A DNA stretch of 64,000 bases from Phoronis australis (lineage: Eukaryota > Animalia > Phoronida): assembly GCA_002633005.1 (NCBI GenBank), contig NMRA01000042.1, forward strand, positions 370,838-434,837. The letters run 5' to 3'. Of the stretch, positions 25,373 through 38,000 are shown one piece after another. A program made the translations under genes and the position numbers. Numbering within the stretch: position 1 is the first letter of the stretch; each line of letters opens with the position of its first letter. Under the pieces are notes generated by a model that worked only from the letters and a program-made list of their open reading frames with translations, had not been told where the DNA came from and did no database searches.

Positions 25373-28300
25373 CATTATGTTTTAATAGTTGTACGCAGAA
25401 CATTGGGCTTGGAAGTTCCTGGTGGTTCACTGTGATAGCAAAGCAGTGCATTGTATACTGATTACATAATTATATCAACATACTGTAAGCAAATTGCCTA
25501 AAACATGTATTCTTCTTATGTGAATCCTTGGTGATGTAAATTATGTAGACAAAGGAAGACAATATGTAAGATGGATTCTCTTGTTGTATATGTCTTATTG
25601 CAGGTGTTTAGCATTAGAAGCTTCATTTTACCTCATTTAACATAGTCCAAAACTGAAATCAAATAGTTCCTTTTACTTTCATGAAATTGATCTCCCAAAT
25701 CCATAACGTGGCAGAATTCCATTTCTGTTATATAAGCTCAATTCACAGGCAACGTGTGGGGTAAATTTCCACTTCTTTCGAAAAATGTAATTGCAAAAAT
25801 TTTCATATTTTCTCTTTTTCAAAAGCTGATTACTTTGATACAGTACAAGCCATGCTAGTGGTAATAGGGGTAAATATTTCTTTATCTTTATTTGTGTGGA
25901 GAAAATTTGACAATTAAATTTCACTTGATGGCCAATATGCAAATAAGGTGAAAATTATCATACTTTGCCACTTCGAATTTACAGTTTTAAGGTTGACTAA
26001 CCCCTGTAAACCCTGAATCGCTTTTTAAGTCACTGGTTTCAGTGTTCTTTGTAGTAATCAAAATGTAACCCTATTGTAGTAAGGAGTTTTATGAGACTTG
26101 TTTTTGGGGAGCAAAAGACTTAACTTGATTTTAGTTTTTTGGTCAGCTAAACACGGGGAAATGTACCTTCATTGAGTAAAACCAAATAGTTATAAAGATG
26201 TGTGTTGAGATTATGCAGTCTTAGTATTGGTGCATGTGAGGTTTTTCAATCTTAAAGATTTAATGATATTTTCCTCTTTATTTTGGATAGCAATTTCATG
26301 AGAGAAATTTTATTGTAAACCACTTTGATCTACCTATGCTTTTTCAGCATTCAATATTTTCAAAATGAATTGTCTAAGATGGGTTACTTTTTTCAAGTTA
26401 AATTGATTTTTTAGTTTAACAATTCGCAGGCTTGTCGTATGTGTAATTTGTTCGGGAAGATTGTGTGTCTAAAGTTGTGCAATTTTTAGCTGAAAAGATT
26501 TCAGTAACTAATACAGATCAGTTTTTTTGAATTGATGAACTTTAAATTGTGTTGAAGTTTTTGTTATAGAAATAGCCCTCCTTTAACCTGCTTGTTTTTT
26601 TTTATTTTTATCAATAATGTTACTGTGACTGTTAACAAATAATTGCTTTCCTTTGACCAAATCAATTATCATGTTTCTTTTCATACATGTTGCTTAGTAT
26701 TTACTACAAATTTGCTACTTGACCAATAGGTGGCTCTCAAGACCTATTTGTGCAGGCCTGCTCATGTGTGCCTTGAAGTGACATTGTCAGGACTGCCAAT
26801 TTCCCCACATGGTCTGCTCGGCGTCCAATCAATAAGAAATGATCTGAGTTAGTAAGAATTGAATTGTAGTTTATGAGGAAAGAACTACAGCTGATAAGAA
26901 AATAATACCGTTTATCATGTTAATGAGAAAGGTACGCCCGTGTGGAAGAAATATTGGCTACCCTCCAACTTCCATTATCCGTTGGGAAGTTGCCTTTGGT
27001 CCACAACTTTTATAATTCATGTCGATACATTTGTGTCCACTTACAGTGTCACTAAAATACACACAATTGTTAAGCCATGCAGCTGAACACAGCAAAGTAT
27101 GTTTGTAAAACCATGAAAGTCATTTTGTAAACCGCTTTTCTGCGTAAGGGCCCATGCACTGGTCAATGAAGGCGAAGTCGCATATTTAAAGTTGCAAAAA
27201 ACCAAATTAACGGCGCCGTATCATCTCATTGAAGCAACCAATTGATTCCATTCAGCCACGTGTGATTAGGACGACTAATTCCTACCGAAACAAAACACAT
27301 GTCTCCAACCAAAACACCAACCAAAGCAATATCTTTCGAAGATGACACTTTTTAAGCTTTAAAGGAGAGGTACATGCGGCAATTATATATTGACTGCATA
27401 GGGTGCTAAACCATTTTCTGGGGACTTCACGGGAAACTTGATCTATAGTTCACAATACGTCCTCTCAAAAAGCTGGTTAAGCTTATGTAGGGCCCTATTG
27501 ATAAGTGTGTGTACTTAGCTACTTAAGTATCTAAATTTAATTTAGTGAAATACATTTTCGGATTCAGTTTTTGAGCTATGATTAATTGGGTCGCGTAACC
27601 ATGTCTTTTTCGTAAAATGTATCTCAAAAGAAACACACATTAATAGCAAAACTACGGTATTAGTAACATTGATTTCGTTGGTTTAATATAAATGTTCAAG
27701 ATGAAATCTCAAAATTCTTGCAGTATTCTAAATTATCCTTGCGTTTTCGTTTCGTGCAACTAAATTTTTTTCGCAATGACCATGGAAGTCCTATTCTTTG
27801 ATAAATGCAAAGTGTAAAATTTTGAAAACGGTTCCAAACAGCGTTTTGGAGAAGAGTGTATATACTGAAAGTTTCATGTGAATCCGGTGAGCCATATCTG
27901 AGGTATAATGTTCGTTAGCCATATTTGGACATTTTTCGATGATGCTACCGTACCCTAAAATTGTCCGTTGTATAATCTTGTGTAAAATGAAATACCTAAC
28001 TTGCCCAATAAAACTGCAGACAAAACACAAGCTTAACCAGATGAGAGATTCTTGGAACCCTGTCTTTTTCGTAAAATACTCATTCGCGATTTTTGAAAGG
28101 GCAGAACTTTTTTATTTCTGCCACATCAAGCACGGGGTTCCTTTACCGGTCTTCGATCGATTTCGTGTTCCGTTTCAGAATATATCGGCCATTGTTGGGA
28201 ATGCCGTGCGTTGGCACATTTGACCATGCTAGGTTTCGGTCAGATCTATGATACTTCTTTTTCAAAATACTTTGACAAAGTTCCTACGGCTTTTAGCCCC

Positions 28301-29710
28301 GAAATCCCATCCAGGTACTACCGTCCACTTCTCAGTGTATAAAATAACAATTTATGATTGGCGGTTGACGCGCAGCTTAGTGTTATCGTGTGCATACTTA
28401 GAACGGCTTTGTTGTTACTCAAAGAGCTACCGCAATAACACAAAACATGAATGTATATACACCGGACCTGTTGATAATGGCGCGAGTAAATGGGTATTAG
28501 CCAACTGTATTAATTCGCCTAACACGTGCGATATGTTTTTTTGAAATTGGAACGCAATCCTGCAAAAATTCCCTTTGTGCGGGCCTTCAAGTAACACAAC
28601 TAAAAGAGAACTCGTTTGTATTGCTGTTGTTTATTAAACTCAACTTTCTGCATTAAGATTTTTTCAAAATGAAACAATATTTATTTTAAAGATTTTCTAT
28701 GTCAAATTTTAGAGGTTTTCTATTGAGGCATGTCAATAGTCATGAAATATTTTATCTTATTGCTTGCACTGTCTACATTCTAATAAAACACATATAATGG
28801 TAACTACACATGGTTCCGCACGCAGAGAATGGCTTCAATTTATTTATTTGTTTGTTATTTGAATTAGATTATGCCAATATTTATAGATACATTCAATACC
28901 GTTCTATAGGCATTTAATTCGCAGTCCCCGGTGCCGTTTATTCTATATGATAATCAAACTCAGAACAGTATATGAAAGTGGGCCAACGCTTATTCTCGCG
29001 CTAACATTTTTTACCGCTTGAAGCCAAACCAGAAAACATACCACGTGGGAAGTAACGCCTATCTCCTTTGCTAAAGGTTGATTGGTTTAGTTAGAGATGT
29101 TACCAACATTTAGAAAGGTGTGAGTAGAGCTACGGCGGAGAAGCAACAAAACGGAGCTAAACTTTTCGGACACGGCTGTGGTAAGGGTGAGCTGCATGTA
29201 CACAGAGCTACTGGACCAACACACAGTTACGGTGACACGGTGAAGACGCTGAAGATATCAGCACTCCGTCAACACACATAATTAATCACGTCATCGCCGT
29301 TCACGGGGACAGAAGCACTTCACTGATAAAGACCTATAACCCCGGAGTGCCTCTGGGCAAAGCTTTGAAACCAGGCTCGACCTACCAACAGAATAAATCT
29401 AAATCACTGATTATCGGACTAAGACCGTGTACCGCTCGGTTAGTGTATACTACATTGGTGACAATCAGACAAGTTGCGGTTGCTGAAATCAGAAGTGAGG
29501 ATCAATATTTTATTGTTAATTTCTTGACTGTTGATTTGCGGTGGATATTCAGCGAGAGTTTTTGCGCGTTTGTGTACATGACAACGGGTCGATAACTGAA
29601 CTGATTCAAACATTAATGCTCGCTAGCGGCACGGGGTAGTACACAGGTAAATAGGATATCAAGGTTGTGTAACTTCCCTTGTTCGGGAAATATTCTGGAA
29701 ACTAGTCATA

Positions 29711-31339
29711 ATGCCGGTGACGAAAACTCGTCGTGATCAACGGAGACTAGATTTTGCCGGGTGTTTACCAAGTACTCACTTGGACGAAGAACTCTCGCCC
29801 ATACCGACATTTACTGGCGCCTCTCAGTGGCTAGACAGGCATAAGGAATACACGGACAAAGTAGTGAAATTCTTACAAACGTATCCCAACCTTATTAAGA
29901 ATGAGAGTTTGGATACTTTGTGGGCGCTCTTGGAACCTCTGGTTGACAATACAACGCTCCTCCGTGAATATGAACTGTATATTCGCCATCAGTTTAGAGG
30001 AATTGAAAACTTCGAAGTTGGAATTTCACGAGAGGACAAGTTGCCAACTCCATTAGCCTGGCTGAAAAATAACCAAATCGGTGTTACCAGAAACAGGCAT
30101 AACAGTCCGCGGTCTGTTTATCTTTGTTTTTCGCATAAGGACGCTGCGACTGTGCGAAGTTCTCAAGCACTAATTCAATCCATGTCGCCATACTGTGCCG
30201 TGCGCTGCAATCCCTATTCTTTGAGCAGCGCTAATGTGCCAGAACTATGCCAAACAATTTCAAGTGCAAATGTATTTTTATTCTTCATGGACCAAAACTC
30301 CATTGAGGATGGCGTTTGTTTACATCTGTTATCAATGGCAATCGCTTACGAAGTACCGATTGTAATGGTACGGGAGCCGGCCTTCAAACTTCCAGCAGAA
30401 TTTTCACCCCATGTCTCAAATCTGGACATTACCATCATTGATATAAATGACTTGAAACCTAAGACAGGAGAACACTATATTCAAACGATGTTTTCTGATC
30501 CGCCGGAAAAAGGAAGTCGGCCAAAGTCAGGCATGCCGAATGGAAGTGTGGATCACCGCGACGATGAAATGGTTGCTCGACCAAAAACTAGTCACGTGAG
30601 AAGAAAAGACCACGAAATGTCTGCCGGTATTATTCGCCAGCACGCTAAGAGCAAAGGGGAAACGTCAAACGGGATTGCTGAGGAAGAAGAACATGTGGCT
30701 TCGTTGGAAGATGTGCTGACAAGGGGCTACATCAACTCTTTCGTTTACATATCAGATTTCCATGATTCATGCGTTTCCAAGTTATTTGAAAGACTGTCTG
30801 ACTACTTTGGAGAAACTATTAGATTGGTTAAATCTCATCTAGTAAACTCAGAGAATGAAGACGTTAGTAAAAGGCGGGAAGTCACGACATTGAATGAAGT
30901 GGAGAAACAGGAAACAACTGAAGACGGAAGCACATTAAAAAACAATGTTCAGGCAACAACTGAGACTCTGTCCGACACGTTGACGCAAACGGCACAAGAC
31001 TCTTACGGTGGTGGAAAACTGGATGCGGACCAGTTTCAAGAAACAGAAGAAGAAGAGAGTTCACCGATTTCACAGGATAACGGCAAGACTGCTGTGGACC
31101 CAGTAGAAAACGATTTGAGAGATACAAATGCCGGTTCGACTGATGGTGACGACTCGTCCGTTGTAGTTTCAGAAGTAGACAGTAGTCACAATAAGCAGGA
31201 AGAAGAAGAAATCGAAGTAAAGACTGACAAAGTAGAAGACGACGAAAGTAAATCAAACATTGAAGAAAATGATAACACACATATAGAAACCCCAATTGTA
31301 ACAGAATGGCCTCCGAAAACGGAAGTGAGCCCCAACTGA
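29711..31339 (+). CDS. Intronless 542-aa protein with a divergent TIR-like domain (SARM1/TIR_2-like) and an acidic disordered C-terminus
   Basis: Longest ORF in the window. Residues 135-230 (SVYLCFSHKD...ELCQTISSANVFLFFMDQNSIEDGVCLHLLSMAIAYEVPIVMV) follow the TIR betaA-betaD pattern. Residues 331-366 (NSFVYISDFHDSCVSKLFERL) resemble TIR betaE-alphaE. AATAAA at ~31516. The ORF is secure; the domain call is by eye. Confidence 0.8.
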   Translation: MPVTKTRRDQRRLDFAGCLPSTHLDEELSPIPTFTGASQWLDRHKEYTDKVVKFLQTYPNLIKNESLDTLWALLEPLVDNTTLLREYELYIRHQFRGIENFEVGISREDKLPTPLAWLKNNQIGVTRNRHNSPRSVYLCFSHKDAATVRSSQALIQSMSPYCAVRCNPYSLSSANVPELCQTISSANVFLFFMDQNSIEDGVCLHLLSMAIAYEVPIVMVREPAFKLPAEFSPHVSNLDITIIDINDLKPKTGEHYIQTMFSDPPEKGSRPKSGMPNGSVDHRDDEMVARPKTSHVRRKDHEMSAGIIRQHAKSKGETSNGIAEEEEHVASLEDVLTRGYINSFVYISDFHDSCVSKLFERLSDYFGETIRLVKSHLVNSENEDVSKRREVTTLNEVEKQETTEDGSTLKNNVQATTETLSDTLTQTAQDSYGGGKLDADQFQETEEEESSPISQDNGKTAVDPVENDLRDTNAGSTDGDDSSVVVSEVDSSHNKQEEEEIEVKTDKVEDDESKSNIEENDNTHIETPIVTEWPPKTEVSPN

Positions 31340-32068
31340 CCTCTGTGCTTTAACTTGTTGTTTATTCATGAAGTATTTCATTGTGTCTCACGGAAGCGCC
31401 ATGTTTGTTGTGTCTTCTTAAAATACTAGTCTAATTATATTGTATGAAGTTGTAAATACTTTGTATGAAGTTGTTTTTCTTTGGCTTCATCGTAGATTTT
31501 TACTAATGTATCATGAATAAATTTTAGACTTACTATAATTATTAATGAAGGGTGTCTGTTACATATCTCTGTCAAGGTTTGCCGCGAGTGTAAACTGCGT
31601 AAGCTCTAAAGAAAGGCACGTAGATTACTGTGAATTTGTCAAGTTGAAAATATATGGAACTGTTGTACGATAACGAGCTTTCAGTTTTGTGATTTCATTT
31701 CATTAGACATCATAACTGCACCACAGACTTTCCTAATTAACTTTATTTTTATATGTTTACAAATTGCGCGTATTAAAATTCTACACACAACCGGATATAA
31801 CCTCTGGAATAAAAGGCCAAGAAATTAATTGCTGAGATAAAGTTTTTGAAACAAACTGTTTCTAATCTCCATTCTTGCGCCAGTTCACACGAAGAAACTG
31901 CCCAACACACACACACACACATCGCTGGTATCAGAGAGGTGTTTCCGCTGTTGGAACAAGTCATTTTTTACCTCGAAATTCGTGAACGTCAAAGAATTCC
32001 CTCTAGGATCTTCTGATACGTGTAACGTGACAAAATACTTCAGTTGATGATCATAACGGCTTTACACA

Positions 32069-35000
32069 TCAAGATTTTGTAGACTCTCGCGAATAGACTC
32101 CAGCTCCACTGTTGTCGTTTCGACTTCTTTCAACATTCGCTACAATACTAGAAAGTCTTGCGTCGTTTTCTTCGTCACCGGAACTGTCATTCAAAAATGA
32201 ATCCATGGCGTCTAGCAGTTCGTCGTCTGACTCACGATCTTGTTCCGCCAGAGATGCCATTGCTGTCTCAGCAGTTTCAATAATGTGACCAGATTTAACG
32301 AGTTTTGCTCGTTCTTTAGCAGCCTTTTCTTTATCTTTCTTTAGTTGTTTTTCATCTAAAATCCGCCTGACTGCTTTCATTTTCACATCTTTATATTTCT
32401 TGTTTATTGAAAGAATTTCCCTGAAAAAAGACAAAATTTCACAATTTCATGTTGCATGACCGCGGTACCGTGTTTTTTATTTAATAGCTACAAAGTTTTT
32501 ACAAACGAATAAGTGAAGTTTTAATATGCATCTCATATTGTAATTTGTTACATTAAAAATCAAAAGAGAGTATAAAACCATTCATGAGCCCTGCTGTTGG
32601 AGCGTGATTTCGAGAGACCATTTGAACAAGTTTGGTAATAAACAAATTCTCAATATCGTACAGCCCAGAAATTGAACTGAATTACTTAGGGAGGAAATAA
32701 GATCACAGGTGGATTTGGGTGCGGAGGCAGTATGCCAGGGGAATTTCTTCTTTTTATGGTTAACAACGTTTGTTTTTACGATTGCACTCACCAAGCTGTA
32801 TGTAAGTTAATAAACGAATCGTCTTTTTTCTCATATCTTAGACCCGCCACAGACAATAGCCCACTTACCCCAACTCAACCACACCGTCTCTGTTAGTGTC
32901 CAACATTTCAATCAATGTATCCAACTGTGCCACACTCAGTGGAGTTTTGAGCGACTGCAAAACAACATTTGAAATTTTTGCTCAGTAGAACTACATTAAA
33001 CACATGTTGATTAAATATAATATTTATCCATGAATAGCTTGTGTTTGCAAGGACAATGATTTGTTAATCATTTTGCAAGACGCAGAAAACGCATTGAAAA
33101 AACACTCGCGGTTTTTTATGTGTAGGCCACAAAGTCGAGAGACTAAACACATACCCGATCATTCTAAACAACAAAACAAAAATTCTGTAATATTCAAATC
33201 CACAACTATCAGAGGCACAATGGAGAAGCCAGGTAATTTGTATTTCCAATTAGTAATTTATGATTTTTGCTTCACTTCTCAGTAATTACTGACGTCCTGA
33301 GGTACAAATGCCAAGGACTTCCATGTCTGTGTGCAACAGATAGGTTTGACGGTACCTTAAAACACGTCCAGTTCTAATACACAGCGACTCACTTCGAGTC
33401 CTTTTATAAACTCCTCCCTCGTCAACGTCATACTTTGGTCCTTATCCAAACTCTTGAAGAGGTCAACCAATCTGAGGTCTTCTCGAACCATAAATTCCAG
33501 AAGTACCTCCAACGGGTTCTTCTCTTCAAGTTTAGATATTCTGTTTCGGTACGACTCTCTTTCCTTGATTGTACCGGCAGTTGCTACTTGGAAGTGTCTC
33601 TCTAGTTGAAGTTTTTTCACCATATCACAAAAGGATGAATTCACAAGGATGTCCTTAAATATGAAACAAAGGATTAGGTTGAGAATCACTATTCGCGTCT
33701 ATAGTTAGATGAAACCATAAAGCCGGTCATTACATTAAACAATCTACTGTGCGCTTAGTTTCATTATCATTCAGCACAGTCACTTTATACTAACCGATAC
33801 TAAAACTGAGAAAAGGGCTATTTTTAATGAAGTAAGCTACCCACCTCAAGGTCAAGGAACTCGACCATGCATTTTTTGCTCATACAAGCTTTCAAGATCG
33901 CAATTGTCCCTTGGAATGTAATGGAGTTATATCCCATCTGAAAACAGACAATACGTGCTTGCAGTTTTCAATAAAGTAAAAGGAATGCAGTGTGTGAGAA
34001 CAGAATTGTGTTAGTGAGACTAGAAGTCCCTAGGATCGCACGGAAGGAAGGCTAGTTTCATTTTAGCTACGGCACGTACACTTGTAACGATATCGCATAC
34101 GCTTTGCCAGAACTCTCAACAACGTTGACCTACTGTTTTGATGTAACTAAAGGGCATTGTTTCCTATTGCGTTGCCGTTAAACGGCCATATTACCTGAAA
34201 CCTCCCAAATGTCAAATCGATTAGTCTATTCTCTAACTGTTCTGAAAAGTTATCAAATGTGAGAATAAGTTTTGTTAGTTATTCTAGTGACTGGCTGACT
34301 AACTGACTGAAACCCAGCTATTATACATACAACCACCTTTCAAACCTTGCAGAATGGAGGCTACTTTGATGAGTTGGTGATGTACTGTTTTCAGCACAAG
34401 ATCAAAAAGTGGTGTGACATGAATTATAAGGGCTTTGCCCTGACAGTAAATCCATAGCTATGTGCCCTGACAGTAAATCCATAGCTATGTGCCCTGACAG
34501 TAAATCCATAGCTATGTGCACTGACAGTAAATCCATAGCTATGTGCCCTGACAGTAAATCCATAGCTATGTGCCCTGACAGTAAATCCATAGCTATGTGC
34601 CCTGACAGTAAATCCATAGCTATGTGCACTGACAGTAAATCCATAGCTATGTGCACTGACAGTAAGTACATAGATATGTGCACTGGCTACTCTCGTTGTT
34701 ATCAAGGATCACAATAGCATTTTTTAAAACGACATTAGTGAAAAATCGACAGGTGGTCAAAAAACTAACGTTTAACGTGGCCGCGTTTTTCAAAACGTGA
34801 CTTTTCATAGAAATTGCCATAACCCATATTCTATGAAAAATTAGTAAGCCTTTATTATTGATAGCCGAGTTCTCGGACTAAAATGCCTTAAAAGAAAATC
34901 GCACACACGCTTTGTAGCTCACAAAGCATAAGTTTCGTGTGGAAAATTTAAGGCAGTACCGCCGATCTCCATAAAATTTCGGATGCTTTTTAAAATGCTT

Positions 35001-38000
35001 GAACAATTAAGTTTGTTTAGAAAAACACGGTCACAGGGTTAAGAGCTAGTTGAAGTGACTGTCAGGAGTTGTCCAATCAACACGCCTCCTTGTGTTAATC
35101 TAATTAATCTCGTAAGAACCTTGAGTATCTTCAGTGTACTGTTGTACTGTAGTCCCTTGGCGAAGTCCACAAGCGGCAATGTTGTTATTCTATTGTGGGA
35201 AATATCCAACTCTTCTAAAGTTTTGTTAAACATCAACGCTCGTCCTAGACTAATGGTTCCAGTCACGGCAAATCCATTCATGTTTAATCGAAGGCACTTC
35301 AGACAATCGTTGCTCTGAAAATGATAAGTTTTTGTGATATTTCGAATTTTCGTTAAAAACATAAAATTATCTTTTGGGGTGAGCATCAAAATATTTCATT
35401 ATTGCAAAACTGAGATCTAAGTAATCACTGATTCAAAACAGGAAGATCACATGAAGGCCTGTTTCTTTGATTAATAGTGTAGTCGATGGATTTTAAATGA
35501 ATTTATGTAAGTAACATGACTGACTACTCTTTCCTTTACACTCACCAACTTAGAACACAGGATGCGCTTTGTCAGTCGAAAGGTTTATCACAAAAATGTG
35601 AACATTTCGTAACTTTCAGGCCTGTTTGTGTTTGCCTTATTTAATTATTTTTTATTTTGGAAGTGGGCTGGGTTTCCGCGGAAACCTCACATATGGCGGC
35701 ACTTGAGTGAATATCCATAATGCAGGAGTCTGCTGTCACTCACTATGGCAGCCATTTTAGGTGGTGGTGCACCACTAAAAATATATATCAAACTAAAGAC
35801 TTCATATAAAACTCAGTTAAGTTTGAAAATAATTGGAGCTGTGTTGAATGAGCATTATTTTGGCTTAAGTTTCGTTTTATAAAGTTTTCAACCAAAATGA
35901 AGCGGAAATGGTATATTTAATAACATGATGCTGTTGGAATAAAACTTCATGTGATTTGTAAAACTGGCTACCCAAAGTATTACGAGGGTGACAGCATAAA
36001 ACTGCTATAAATTTGCACTGAAAAGAGAAAAGTTAACTTTTGAATTAGACTATTTGCCGCTATAAAAGTGGCGTCAACTTAATTGTTTCGTGTTCAGATG
36101 AGAGATGACTTCTGGTTCTGGGAACGAATAACAGTTCGTAATTGCTTAATCAGGCCAGGCTGAGCACATGCAATGACCCACAGATTTAAATAAACTTATT
36201 CGTTGAACCTAGGTCTCAAGCAATAACAAACATCTTTCCGAGATCAAAATCACTTTTAATCTAAAAAAATAACATTTTATAACGGCAAGTGGTCTCAACT
36301 GATAAAAAGTTAAGTTTTATTGACGGAAGAAGGGTACAAAGTAATAGTACAGCCTTGAAGCTAAATGCACACGTTCGTAACAAGACAGACTATATCTCTA
36401 AATGCACACGTTCGTAACAAGACATACTATATCCCTGAATACCGCTAGCACACTGTGGAAAAAGTGTTTGCTTTGGAATCGGAAGAAGGAGACATTAAGT
36501 ATTTGATGAGACTTACGGCCAATGCTTCGGCAATAGCTTGGGCACCTTTCAGGCGAAAGTGGTTCCAGCTCAAATCTAAGATTTCCAAAGTATCATTGCC
36601 AGCTGAAATACAAAATGGCGGTAAATTACCAGCTCAATCATTAGTAAAACTTCATTCTCGGTCACGATCTACTCACATCAAGCAACATACTAACTGAGAG
36701 TTTAAGAAATTTCTGCAAGTACTTTAATGATAGTTGTGTAAATAACTTTTAATGCCTTAATACGAAATAGTATTGTTCAATCCCATTTGGCAGTTTTGTG
36801 TATCCATTTGGTATTTCATATTTTATTTCCTGTTGATCTCGCGGAGAGTGTCAGGTAGACAATCGCTAATGCCCACCTGTTACTATCAATTAACATTTGT
36901 CAGTTTCGTGTACCAAGTTGGTATCTTAAAGGGACAATGGTTTTAGGGTCGAAAATGCATTTTAGGATTATGTTCGATAGAATGAACTTCTTGAAGTTAT
37001 TATCTTTTTGATCAGCCATAAAACAAAATCTGTCGTGTCTTTATGATTTTATTAGAAATCGCCCATTGTCACCGATGTCTGCAAGCCATTCGCTAAAAAA
37101 CAAGGCCCGTAACTTCAGCAGTGAAATACGCTAGAAATACTGTCGTTTAAGAAATGGGTCTAGCTCTGTCAGCAAAGCATTGGACTGTAACGTCTGAGAT
37201 TGTGAAATTCCAGTAGCTGATGCCAGAAAACCAATTTTCTCGCTGATATTGCCACTGCTGTTTTATGATTTGCAGTCTTAAAATAATTATTCGTGGAATA
37301 ATTCTTGCGTTGTTGTTCTATTGGCCACGGAAGCGGGGGAGGAATTTGGCGGCTTCAGCCCCCCCCCCCCTTTTCAGAGTGGCCATATTTACCAGCAACT
37401 CTATGTGCATTCTATGTGTGTGGTTTAACCAAATAGACGGTTTAAATGATGTCGGATAAAATTGTCCACTTGCTTACCAATGGCTGGCTTCAGAATAGTC
37501 CCAGCTTCCGACGAGAGTTCGTTATGGCTAAGATTCAGTTCCAGTAAATACCGGTTTGTCTGAAAAATCAATTAGGCTAGGTTTAAAGAAAGACACAAAA
37601 TATGAAAGCATATCCACAAAAGATTGCCTTGTAGACTATTAGCAAAGCATCTAGTACTTATCGATCACGTTAACGCAATGCAAGTTTGCCACTATCGTAT
37701 AGCAGAGCTTTCAACTTCAAAACAGTTCCAATTCTCTATTTTTGACAGTGGGTAGTAAACCCGGATACGTTTATGTGATCGTCCCAGTTTGCAACCTAGT
37801 TTGTTTAAAAACTGCAGTGATGTATAGATCTCTCTGTGGTCAATCCAAATAAAATTTTGGCAAAGATAAAAGAATTAGGATACAAGCAGTCTGAGTAATT
37901 TACACTTACATCAATAATATCTGCTAAGTATTCCGCGTCTTTGTCTTTAAACCCGTTTCCTGGAAATATACAAACACGCAATTGGTATTAAAAAAGAGTA

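Noticed and set aside
25205-25451. Heptad-like ORF (MVQNISK)n resembling a coiled coil
   Set aside because: Translation of a 21-bp minisatellite downstream of the ZNF gene.
30882-31295. 137-aa antisense ORF inside the TIR-like gene
   Set aside because: Shadow ORF of the purine-rich acidic coding strand.
34402-34717. Repetitive ORFs (HIAMDLLSG)n / CRISPR-like periodicity
   Set aside because: Head-to-tail 27-bp minisatellite with no unique spacers and no cas genes; intronic in a eukaryotic gene.
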